Below, piece by piece: positions 1-9,414 of a stretch of 64,000 nt of DNA (within the stretch, counting starts at the first letter, position 1; the number at the start of each line of letters is the position of its first letter). Origin of the DNA: Candidatus Latescibacterota bacterium (GTDB lineage Bacteria > Latescibacterota > UBA2968 > UBA8231); assembly GCA_965208105.1 (NCBI GenBank), contig OZ242318.1, forward strand, positions 3,712,001 through 3,776,000, given 5' to 3'. Made by a program: the position numbers and the translations under genes. The notes beneath the pieces were generated by a model, which saw nothing but the letters and a program-made list of their open reading frames with translations, was not told where the DNA came from and searched no databases.

Positions 1-1483
1 GCCGTCGTCCAAGCCAGCCCAAAATGACGATGCCCTGATTCGCGGGGATGTAGATGGGAACGGAGAAGTGAATCAAACCGATGTCATTGCCTTCTTCCTG
101 AAACTTATCACGGGGCAGACGTTCAGCCTGCAGGCCAACATCAATGGCGACGAGAGTACCGACTGGATTGATCTGGCGCTGTTGGGAGCCTATGTGTATG
201 GCGGTCCGGACGCCGAAAATCCCTGGAACATCGGTCAGCCCATCGGCGATCCTCCTACGCAGCCGCCTACGCCTCCTCCAACACCTCCACCCACTCCACC
301 TCCCACACCGCCGCCAGACCCCTACCGCGATGGAAGCTCGATAGAACGGGCGATCATCGTGCCGGATCCCAACTACGTTTTCCAAGGGGAGCAGTTGGAA
401 GCCGGGCAGCAGATCTTCTATCGAGTGGACGTTCCCTCTACCGGGCGCCTGGTCGTCCACTCCGCGGGAAGCACCGATACCTACGGGACACTCATTTACA
501 GAAGCAACCGGGTGGATCGAAACGACGACGGCGGCTCGGGCAGAAACTTTCTGATGGATGTTTCCACCTATACCGGACCGCACTACGTCGCTGTAAGGGG
601 GTATAGCAATGTGGTCAGCGGCGCCTACGACCTCAACGTGGAATTCTTTCCATTCACCTCCGACCAGGCCTTCAACATCGAGCTCCGCTATGTGGCCCGG
701 TTTTCTGCTGAGGAAAAAGCGGAATTCCAGCGCGCCGCCTCCCATTGGGAGAGAATAATTCAGGCCGACGCGGAGGACATCTATTATTTCTCTGGGAACC
801 CTACGACGCTCTCCATAGAATGGTTCGGCTCCGACGTAACGATAGATGGCGTTATCGATGATCTGCTGGTTTTCGTGAACTGAGGCACGATAAACGGCGG
901 GGCGGCGTCCTCAGACCAGGGAATTTTCCGTGAAGATGAGAGCGGATTGCCTTTTTTGGGACTGGTCATGATGGGGGAGGTCGTCCTGGAGTCGGAGGAC
1001 CTGGCGGATGGAACCACCTACGACATATTCCTCCATGAATTAGCTCACACTATGGGCTTCGGATTGATGTGGGACCGCGGGAATTTACTGGCCAATCCGT
1101 CTTCTCGTTTGGCCGGCCGCGACACCCACTTCCGCGGATTCAATGCCGTGAGGGCGTTCGACCAGTCGGGCGGAGAGGACTATATCGGGGGGAAAGTGCC
1201 CGTGGAAAACAGCGCCGAGGCTCCCGGCCCCGGCAGCCGGGACCTCCATTGGAGAGAGTCTGTCTTTGGGGGCGAGGTAATGACCTGGATTCATCGGGGA
1301 GTGCGAGCCCCCCTGAGCAACATCACCCTGCAGTCCTTGTTCGATCTGGGCTATCTGGTGGACGCAAGCCTGGCCGATCCCTATGTGATTCCTGAAACCC
1401 CTGCATTGTCAGCCGGTGATTTTGACCCCGACAGACTCCAATGCACCCTTCACGGCCCGATTTTGATGCCGGGGGGACATTAA
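1..1483 (+). pseudogene. Secreted dockerin / Pro-rich linker / PPC / leishmanolysin-like (M8) zinc metallopeptidase; 5' end outside the window; interrupted by a single in-frame TGA at 881-883
   Basis: Frame 2 is open from the window edge (GDVDGNGEVNQTD dockerin loop). ORFs 68-883 and 947-1483 are the same frame separated by one TGA. HELAHTMGFG and HWRESVFGGEVMT are M8-like motifs. Confidence 0.75.
251..320 (+). repeat. Proline/threonine-rich linker repeat (PPT/PPPT)n
   Basis: PPTQPPTPPPTPPPTPPPTPPPDP between the dockerin and PPC domains. Confidence 0.85.
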
Positions 1484-1836
1484 GAGGGCACCACTCCTGT
1501 AACCTTGACAATTATAATGTGAAGATGAGAGCTGCCTTTGTAATCACATTGGCGTCTTCGGCAAGATTCCTGCCGGGTCAACTCCAGCCCCTTTTCTGAC
1601 AGGAAAAATAAATACAATAACTGTCAGGCGAAATCGAGCTTGTTTTAAATCACTCTACTTGGACTTGATCAAGGGGGCAAGGTCAGCCTCCGGGGCCAAG
1701 AAGCCATCCTGTCAACGAGAAGTAGGCTGGAAGTTATCCACTGGGATGGGCCCCACATGGCCCTGGTTCAAATTCAGAGGGTGATACCCCTCGTGGGGAC
1801 AGGTCATAATCCGAGGGAAGGGACGGGAAGTGCTCG

Positions 1837-4203
1837 TCAGGATTCTGTTTTCTCACCCAGGCGATACCCGACGCGGGGCTCGGTGAAAAGAAAGGTTGGG
1901 TTGGCGGCGTCGTCTCCCAGCTTGCGGCGGAGGTTTTTTACGGCGGCGCGCACCACCCGTGGATCGATGCTGCCCGGCCCCCAGACCGTTTGCAGCAATT
2001 GTTCGTGGGTTACTACCCATCCGGGGTGAACAGATAGCTCCGCCAACAGGCGATACTCGATGTCGGTCAATCGCACACGCTGCCCGGCCACCGTCACACA
2101 GCGTCCGGCGTAGTCGATGGTCAACTCTCCCAGCACATAGGGTTCCGTGGGATCTGTAATGCCGGATGCCGCCCGTTTGCGCAGAGTCGCCCGCATCCGG
2201 GCGGCCAGTTCCGTCTGTGAGAAGGGTTTGACCATGTAGTCGGCTGCCCCCGCATCGAAGGCCCGGGCGATCACCTCGTCCTGGCCATAGGCGGACAGGA
2301 AGATGACGGGCGCATTCGAGGTCTCGGAAAGGTCTTTCATCAGGTCTATCCCGTCGACGCCGGGCAGCACCAGATCCAGCAACACCAGGTGGGGATGGTG
2401 CTTCTCCATGAGGTGGGGCACATCCTTGGGGTCGGCGGTCACGATGGGAACATAGCCTGATTTGCGAAGGGCATCCCGTATGGTGCGCAGCGCCTGCGGG
2501 TCGTCGTCCACCACCAGGATGGGGGTTCGGTTCCGCTTCGTCGTCGCCCTGCGAGCAGTCCGAGGGAGATCTGAGGCGAGGGCATTCCCCTCCTCCTCGG
2601 CCAGGGGAAGGGTGAAGCTAACAAGAGTACCCTTACCCACGCCCTCGCTTTCCGCCCAAATGCGGCCTCCATGGGCCTCGACAATGCCCTTGCAGATGGC
2701 CAGGCCAAGGCCCCGCCCCTCCTCGCCACAGTCTTGGTCCGGTTCCACTCGCCGGGAAAACTTGCGGAAAAGGTGCGACAGGCGCTCGGCCGACACGCCT
2801 CGGCCCTGGTCGCCCACCGAGACGGCCACGTGGTCCCCCTCCCATACCGCGGCTATGCGGATTATGGTCGACTCGGGCGAGTGCCGGGCCGCGTTGCCCA
2901 GGAGGTTGCCGAGGACCTGCACGAGGCGCCGACGGTCCGCCATCACTCGAGGAAGATCCGGCGCCATCTCGATCTGCAGCGGATGCCGGTTCCCGCCACT
3001 CGAAAAGACCTTTCGGGCTTCGTCCACCAGATCGCCCACGGATTCCGGTTCGGGATGAATCAGCAGGGTGCCCGTTTCGATGCGGGCCACGTCCAGCAGG
3101 TCGTGGATCAGGCCCGTCATTCGGTCGGCCTGCTGATTGATGATGCGAAAGAACGGGATCGTCTCGGCCGGGCTCAGGTCGGTCGAGTTTCCCAGCACGG
3201 TGACGGCAGCGCCCTTGACAGCCGCCAGCGGGGTCCGCAGCTCGTGGCTGACCATGGCCAGAAACTCCGCCCGCAGCCGCTCCAGGTCTTCCAGGTGCGC
3301 CATGTCCTGCACGGTGACGACAAAGGACTCCAAGTCTCCATCCTCCGAGCGGATGGGGGTGGCGTTGACGAGGACGGTCATTTCGCGGCCGTCGGGGCCT
3401 TGGAGAAGGACCTCCTCGGTGCTCACCGCCTCCCCTGCTCTCAGAATATTGGATATGGGGTTTGTTCTCAAGGAGGTCTCCCTGCCGTCCTCCCGGCGGA
3501 TGTTCAGGACTTTCAACAGGGCCTCGACAGTCTGCCCTGGGGCGCGCAGGTACTCAAAGATCCGGAGCGCCTCCTTGTTGGTAGACCGAGGCAGGTCCTT
3601 CCCCCCATCGAAGACGACCACACCCACGGGGGAGATGTCGATCAGGGTCTCCAGGTCGGCCCGGGCCCTCTGCTCGTCCCGGTGTCTGCGGGCATTGGCG
3701 ATGACCAGCGCCGCCTGGGAGGCGAACATGGTCAGGATCTCCTCGTCTTCTTTTGTGAACGCCCTACCGGTCTCCTTGTTGGCAAGATAGATGTTGCCCC
3801 TGCACTCGTCTTGGTGGCGCAAGGGAGCGGCCAGGAAACAACTTACCTCCATGGGGGGCCGGAAGTCAGGGATACCCAGCATTCGGGTGTAGCGGGCAAA
3901 GTCCTTGACCCTCCGAGGGCTTGAAATGTTGCAAAAGTGCTCCCCTGGGGTCGTCTCCCATAATTTCTCGGCCTCCTGGTCCGACATGCCGGAGGCAATT
4001 AAGCCATCAACTTTCCCGGAATCGTCCAAGGTGGCAATCACGCCGTAGCGGGCGTCGGTCAGCGACCGGGCGCTGTCCAGGACCCCCTGCAACACCGTCT
4101 GCAGATCAAGGCTTTCGTTGATGCGCAGGCTCGCCTGGCTCAATCGCGACAGGCGTTGCCGAAGGGTCTTGATCTCTCGTGCCGTTGCCTCGGTTGGATG
4201 CAT
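1837..4203 (-). CDS. Cytoplasmic hybrid histidine kinase-response regulator (GAF-PAS-HisKA-HATPase-REC-OmpR-type wHTH)
   Basis: H-box VSHELRTPL, N-box NLLGNAARH, G-boxes DQGRG/GLGLAIC, REC VVDDD...LLDLVLP...KPF, KdpE-like C-terminus NLRRKLGDD...TEPRVGYRL; GGAGG-like RBS upstream. Confidence 0.92.
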   Translation of the reverse strand: MHPTEATAREIKTLRQRLSRLSQASLRINESLDLQTVLQGVLDSARSLTDARYGVIATLDDSGKVDGLIASGMSDQEAEKLWETTPGEHFCNISSPRRVKDFARYTRMLGIPDFRPPMEVSCFLAAPLRHQDECRGNIYLANKETGRAFTKEDEEILTMFASQAALVIANARRHRDEQRARADLETLIDISPVGVVVFDGGKDLPRSTNKEALRIFEYLRAPGQTVEALLKVLNIRREDGRETSLRTNPISNILRAGEAVSTEEVLLQGPDGREMTVLVNATPIRSEDGDLESFVVTVQDMAHLEDLERLRAEFLAMVSHELRTPLAAVKGAAVTVLGNSTDLSPAETIPFFRIINQQADRMTGLIHDLLDVARIETGTLLIHPEPESVGDLVDEARKVFSSGGNRHPLQIEMAPDLPRVMADRRRLVQVLGNLLGNAARHSPESTIIRIAAVWEGDHVAVSVGDQGRGVSAERLSHLFRKFSRRVEPDQDCGEEGRGLGLAICKGIVEAHGGRIWAESEGVGKGTLVSFTLPLAEEEGNALASDLPRTARRATTKRNRTPILVVDDDPQALRTIRDALRKSGYVPIVTADPKDVPHLMEKHHPHLVLLDLVLPGVDGIDLMKDLSETSNAPVIFLSAYGQDEVIARAFDAGAADYMVKPFSQTELAARMRATLRKRAASGITDPTEPYVLGELTIDYAGRCVTVAGQRVRLTDIEYRLLAELSVHPGWVVTHEQLLQTVWGPGSIDPRVVRAAVKNLRRKLGDDAANPTFLFTEPRVGYRLGEKTES

Positions 4204-4392
4204 GTCGCCCTCCTAAGGGGGTGATATGGCACTCCTCTATGTCTTCAAGAAATGCGCTTGGGAGCGGACCCATCCCCATATTTTCATAAAAAAATCATTA
4301 TAAGTCAAGGGATTTATCACGTATTCCTCATAAACGGATAGTATATTCCAAAAATTGTTTCTTCCGGATGAAGATCTTCAAAGGGAGTGAGC

Positions 4393-5720
4393 ATGATGAA
4401 GCGAATAATCGGTGTTCTCATGGTTCTGTGCTTGGCGCCCGGGATGCAGGCAGGAGCCGAGCCGCTGGTGGAGGGCCGGGTGCGGCTGGCCTCGGGCGAG
4501 CCGGCCGTCGGCGCCTCTGTGCGGCTCTTCGATTTGGCCGATTTGCGTAAGTGGGTCGGCGCCACCACCGATGAGGCGGGCTATTTCGCCCTGCCGTTGC
4601 GGGCCTTGCCGGGGGCGGCGGCCCTGCCGGAGCGCTTCGCGCTGGGGCCGAACTATCCCAATCCGTTCAACCCTTCCACCCTGATTCCCTACCAACTGCC
4701 GCTGGCGACCCACGTGCGGCTGGAGGTATTCAACGTCCTGGGGCAGCGGGTGGCGACGGTGGTGGACGGGGAGCAGTCGGCGGGTTTTCACACGGCGCGT
4801 TGGGACGCCACCGATGCGGCGGGTCGGGCGGCGGCGGCCGGGGTCTATCTCTACCGGCTGCAAGCCGGCGGGGAGAGCATAACCCGGCGCATGGTGTTGA
4901 TTGACGGGCAGGCCGGCCTGCCAAGGGCGTCGTCGGGCGGCTGGGCGCCGGCGGAGGCAGGCCCCCCGGAAACGGGCATCCCGGTCTATGGCTTGACCGT
5001 CTCCGGTGAAGGGCTGGTCCCCTACGTGGACCCGGGCTTCGGCCTGGAGGCTGGCAGGGGGCCGGTGGACCTGGTGGTCGAGGCCCGGGCTGACGGCCCG
5101 CCGGCGAAGGTGGCCACCGAGGGGACGGGCGGGATCCTGGGCGACGTCAACAACGACGGCCAGGTCACCATGGCCGACGCGCTGGTGGTGGTGATCCACC
5201 ATCTCGATGCAACGCTTGCCGCCCCCAACAACGGCGATATTTCGCTGGGCGACGTCAACGCAGACGGCCGCATCGATCTGACCGACGCGCTGCTCATCAT
5301 GACCTACAGCGTCAATCCGAACGATCCGACCTTGCCGGAGGGGATCGGGGGTCCGGTCGCGGAGGAGAGCCCTGCTCCGGATGGTGATTTGCGCTACCCG
5401 GAGGCGACGCCGGTCGCTGCCAACAGTCAGACGGCGGGTATGCTGGCGGGTGGGGAGACCGACTATTATCGCGTCACCCTCAGCGGCCCCGGCACCCTGG
5501 TGGCCTACACCACCGGCGGCACGGATACCTACGGGTACCTGGAGGATAACGCCGGCACGGTGCGGGACCAAAACGACGATGCGGTCAGGGGCAACCGCAA
5601 CTTCCGCGTATCGGCGGTCGTTACGGCCGGCACCTACTACGTCCGGGTCCGCGGTTTTGTTGCGTCCATCACCGGCGCCTATACCCTGCACGTAGAGTTC
5701 GAGCCGGGGGAAACGGTCGC
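4393..5720 (+). repeat. Copy 1 of a ~1.33-kb direct repeat (constant 5' head of the two secreted paralogues)
   Basis: Matches 8087-9414 (offset 3694) with about 12 substitutions counted by eye; identity ends at ...GAAACGGTCGC. Confidence 0.95.
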
Positions 5721-7431
5721 CTCCGACGATCGGGCGGCGCTGGTGGCGTTCTACGAGGCGACCGGCGGGGCTGACTGGGCCGATAGCCGCGGCTGGCTCA
5801 GCACCGCGCCCTTGGGCCAATGGCACGGCGTCGACACGGACACCGACGGCCGCGTTACTCATCTGATCCTCCGTGGTAACCAGTTGAGTGGAGCGATCCC
5901 GGTGGAGTTGGGCCAACTGACCAACTTGCAAGGGCTGAATCTCTCTGGTAACCAGTTGAGTGGAGCGATCCCGGTGGAGTTGGGTCAACTGACCAACTTG
6001 CAGTGGCTGTACCTCGAGGGTAACCAGTTGAGTGGAGCGATCCCGGTGGAGTTGGGTCAACTGACCAACTTGCAGTGGCTGTTCCTCGAGGGTAACCAGT
6101 TGAGTGGAGCGATCCCGGTGGAGTTGGGCCAACTGACCAACTTGCAAGGGCTGAATCTCTCTGGTAACCAGTTGAGTGGAGCGATCCCGGTGGAGTTGGG
6201 TCAACTGACCAACTTGCAGAGGCTGTACCTTGATGGTAACCAGTTGAGTGGAGCGATCCCGGTGGAGTTGGGTCAACTGACCAACTTGCAGGGGCTGTGG
6301 CTCTCTGGTAACCAGTTGAGTGGAGCGATCCCGGTGGAGTTGGGTCAACTGACCAACTTGCAACAGCTGTTTCTCTCTGGTAACCAGTTGAGTGGGTGCA
6401 TACCCGAGGGTTTGCGAGCGGTAGAGGACCATGACCTGGACCAGCTTGGGCTATCGCTGTGCACCACCACGCCCTCCCCTGATCGGGCGGCGCTGGTGGC
6501 GCTCTACGAGGCGGCCGGCGGCGCTGACTGGGCTGATAACGGCGGCTGGCTCAGCGACGCGCCCCTCGGCCAATGGCACGGCGTCGGCACGAACACCGCC
6601 GGTCGCGTTACTCATCTGCGCCTCTCTGGTAACCAGTTGAGTGGAGCGATACCGGTGGAGTTGGGTCAACTAACCAACTTGCAACAGCTATTCCTCTATG
6701 GTAACCAGTTGAGTGGAGAGATCCCGGTGGAGTTGGGTCAACTGACCAACTTGGAATGGCTGTATCTCTCTGGTAACCAGTTGAGTGGAGAGATCCCGGT
6801 GGAGTTGGGTCAACTGACCAACTTGCAGGGGCTGAATCTCTCTGGTAACCAGTTGAGTGGAGAGATCCCGGTGGAGTTGGGTCAACTGACCAACTTGCAA
6901 CAGCTGTTCCTCTCTGGTAACCAGTTGAGTGGAGCGATCCCGGTGGAGTTGGGTCAACTGACCAACTTGCAGGGGCTGAATCTCTCTGGTAACCAGTTGA
7001 GTGGAGAGATCCCGGTGGAGTTGGGTCAACTGACCAACTTGCAACAGCTGTTCCTCTCTGGTAACCAGTTGAGTGGGTGCATACCCGAGGGTTTGCGAGC
7101 GGTAGAGGACCATGACCTGGACCAGCTTGGGCTATCGCCGTGCACCGCCATTGATCCACCGCCGCCGACGGGCGACGCCTGTTTCGTCGGGCAGGAGTTG
7201 AGTCCTGGGCAGAGTTGCACCGTCGATATTCCCAATCTCCACGTCGGCAGCAATCGGTTCGAGGTACGCTCCGGTGGGTCTGGATGTTACGGCAGTATCT
7301 GCGCGGGCACGAGTATGGATCTCAATGGGTTTCAAGCCAGCAAAATTGCGGGCACGTCACGGTGGCTCATCGAAGCACTGCCCAGTACCGCCGGCCAGGC
7401 GAGTGCGAAGGTCTCCGCGGCAGGCTCCTGA
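4393..7431 (+). CDS. Secreted multidomain protein: signal peptide, FlgD/T9SS-CTD-like domain, dockerin, PPC, two leucine-rich-repeat blocks, small Cys-rich C-terminal domain
   Basis: Signal peptide MMKRIIGVLMVLCLA..AGA; LGPNYPNPFNPST; GDVNNDG/GDVNADG; 24-aa LRR LTNLQxLxLxGNQLSGxIPVELGQ; RBS GGAG. Confidence 0.92.
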   Translation: MMKRIIGVLMVLCLAPGMQAGAEPLVEGRVRLASGEPAVGASVRLFDLADLRKWVGATTDEAGYFALPLRALPGAAALPERFALGPNYPNPFNPSTLIPYQLPLATHVRLEVFNVLGQRVATVVDGEQSAGFHTARWDATDAAGRAAAAGVYLYRLQAGGESITRRMVLIDGQAGLPRASSGGWAPAEAGPPETGIPVYGLTVSGEGLVPYVDPGFGLEAGRGPVDLVVEARADGPPAKVATEGTGGILGDVNNDGQVTMADALVVVIHHLDATLAAPNNGDISLGDVNADGRIDLTDALLIMTYSVNPNDPTLPEGIGGPVAEESPAPDGDLRYPEATPVAANSQTAGMLAGGETDYYRVTLSGPGTLVAYTTGGTDTYGYLEDNAGTVRDQNDDAVRGNRNFRVSAVVTAGTYYVRVRGFVASITGAYTLHVEFEPGETVASDDRAALVAFYEATGGADWADSRGWLSTAPLGQWHGVDTDTDGRVTHLILRGNQLSGAIPVELGQLTNLQGLNLSGNQLSGAIPVELGQLTNLQWLYLEGNQLSGAIPVELGQLTNLQWLFLEGNQLSGAIPVELGQLTNLQGLNLSGNQLSGAIPVELGQLTNLQRLYLDGNQLSGAIPVELGQLTNLQGLWLSGNQLSGAIPVELGQLTNLQQLFLSGNQLSGCIPEGLRAVEDHDLDQLGLSLCTTTPSPDRAALVALYEAAGGADWADNGGWLSDAPLGQWHGVGTNTAGRVTHLRLSGNQLSGAIPVELGQLTNLQQLFLYGNQLSGEIPVELGQLTNLEWLYLSGNQLSGEIPVELGQLTNLQGLNLSGNQLSGEIPVELGQLTNLQQLFLSGNQLSGAIPVELGQLTNLQGLNLSGNQLSGEIPVELGQLTNLQQLFLSGNQLSGCIPEGLRAVEDHDLDQLGLSPCTAIDPPPPTGDACFVGQELSPGQSCTVDIPNLHVGSNRFEVRSGGSGCYGSICAGTSMDLNGFQASKIAGTSRWLIEALPSTAGQASAKVSAAGS
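5875..6378 (+). repeat. LRR block 1: seven tandem 72-bp coding repeats
   Basis: GGTAACCAGTTGAGTGG recurs at 5875, 5947, 6019, 6091, 6163, 6235, 6307, then the C-cap at 6379. Confidence 0.95.
6628..7059 (+). repeat. LRR block 2: six tandem 72-bp coding repeats
   Basis: Same unit at 6628, 6700, 6772, 6844, 6916, 6988, then the C-cap at 7060. Confidence 0.95.
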
Positions 7432-7444
7432 CGGCCGCTGGCTG

Positions 7445-7627
7445 CGGCGGCTGGCACCGCAGTCGGAGTAGTTGTACGGCGTCGGCACGAACACCGACGG
7501 TCGCGTTGACTATTTGAACCTCTCTGGTAACCAGTTGAGTGGGTGCATACCCGAGGGTTTGCGAGCGGTAGAAGACCATGACCTGGACCAGCTTGGGCTA
7601 TCGCCGTGCACCACCACGACCCCGTAG
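7445..7627 (+). pseudogene. Orphan LRR module remnant (degenerate N-cap fused directly to C-cap, no internal repeats)
   Basis: Translates to YGVGTNTDGRVDYLNLSGNQLSGCIPEGLRAVEDHDLDQLGLSPCTTTTP*; cap DNA nearly identical to 6373-6465 and 7054-7146; no start codon. Confidence 0.85.
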
Positions 7628-8086
7628 GGAACGGCACCGACCGTATGATCTTGTAGTTGCCATGAGGAACGGCTGTTGTGGCTGGTTGAAGAGTCGCCGC
7701 CGACCCGGCGGGCCAAGGGTCGGCGCGCCGCCTTGACCGGGTCCCCGAGGCCCCTTCGAGGTAGTCGACGTAGAACCCCCATGTCCCTATCCATGGCCCC
7801 CAAAGAGCCATCCTGCGCCTGGGATATCACCTCAAGCACACAACAGGGGCCGGGATAATGGGGAGAGTTGCGCCCTCACCTGGTTCGAGCTCCCTACCAC
7901 CGATCCGCAGACGCCCAGGGAGAGGTACACCCTGGGGTTGCTCCGTCGGGGATTGCTTTCACCCACACCCTTCGGAAAATAGGAAGGGGCTTCGTGCTGC
8001 CATCACTTTGCAGAAATCTCAGGACTGGCCCCGGTCAGTACAGTGCCATGACGAATCAAGGCTGACCCCATATATAAGGAGTAAGC

Positions 8087-9414
8087 ATGATGAGGCGAAT
8101 AATCGGCGTTCTCATGGTTCTGTGCTTGGTATCCGGGATGCAGGCAGGGGCCGAGCCCCTGGTGGAGGGCCGGGTGCGGCTGGCCTCGGGCGAGCCGGCC
8201 GTCGGCGCCTCTGTGCGGCTCTTCGATTTGGCCGATTTGCGTAAATGGGTCGGCGCCACCACCGATGAGGCGGGCTATTTCGCCCTGCCGTTGCGGGCCT
8301 TGCCGGGGGCGGCGGCCCTGCCGGAGCGCTTCGCGCTGGGGCCGAACTATCCCAATCCGTTCAACCCTTCCACCCTGATTCCCTACCAACTGCCGGTGGC
8401 GACCCACGTGCGGCTGGAGGTATTCAACGTCTTGGGGCAGCGGGTGGCGACGGTGGTGGACGGGGAGCAGTCGGCGGGTTTTCACACGGCGCGTTGGGAC
8501 GCCACCGATGCGGCGGGGCGGGCGGCGGCGGCCGGGGTCTATCTCTACCGGCTGCAAGCCGGCGGGGAGAGCATAACCCGGCGCATGGTGTTGATTGACG
8601 GGCAGGCCGGCCTGCCAAGGGCGTCGTCGGGCGGCTGGGCGCCGGCGGAGGCAGGCCCCCCGGAGACGGGCATCCCGGTCTATGGCTTGACCGTCTCCGG
8701 TGAAGGGCTGGTCCCCTACGTGGACCCGGGCTTCGGCCTGGAGGCTGGCAGGGGGCCGGTGGACCTGGTGGTCGAGGCCCGGGCTGACGGCCCGCCGGCG
8801 AAGGTGGCCACCGAGGGGACGGGCGGGATCCTGGGCGACGTCAACAACGACGGCCAGGTCACCATGGCCGACGCGCTGGTGGTGGTGATCCACCATCTCG
8901 ATGCAACGCTTGCCGCCCCCAACAACGGCGATATTTCGCTGGGCGACGTCAACGCAGACGGCCGCATCGATCTGACCGACGCGCTGCTCATCATGACCTA
9001 CAGCGTCAATCCGAACGATCCGACCTTGCCGGAGGGGATCGGGGGTCCGGTCGCGGAGGAGAGCCCTGCTCCGGATGGTGATTTGCGCTACCCGGAGGCG
9101 ACGCCGGTCGCTGCCAACAGTCAGACGGCGGGTATGCTGGCGGGTGGGGAGACCGACTATTATCGCGTCACCCTCAGCGGCCCCGGCACCCTGGTGGCCT
9201 ACACCACCGGCGGCACGGATACCTACGGGTACCTGGAGGATAACGCCGGCACGGTGCGGGACCAAAACGACGATGCGGTCAGGGGCAACCGCAACTTCCG
9301 CGTATCGGCGGTCGTTACGGCCGGCACCTACTACGTCCGGGTCCGCGGTTTTGTTGCGTCCATCACCGGCGCCTATACCCTGCACGTAGAGTTCGAGCCG
9401 GGGGAAACGGTCGC
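8087..9414 (+). repeat. Copy 2 of the ~1.33-kb direct repeat
   Basis: See 4393-5720. Confidence 0.95.

Noticed and set aside
881-930. Selenocysteine recoding of the in-frame TGA
   Set aside because: No convincing SECIS hairpin downstream, and the position is not an obvious catalytic Cys.
1596-1627. CTGACAG-N18-CTGTCAG inverted repeat
   Set aside because: Short, between convergent genes, and no second instance; cannot be distinguished from chance.
5875-7059. CRISPR-like constant/variable periodicity
   Set aside because: The period is exactly 72 bp and in frame, it encodes LRRs, the variable parts recur, and there are no cas genes.
5875-7627. Diversity-generating retroelement (TR/VR pair)
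   Set aside because: No reverse transcriptase in the window. The downstream copy lacks the variable repeats, so it cannot be a template. Variation is not evidently adenine-specific.
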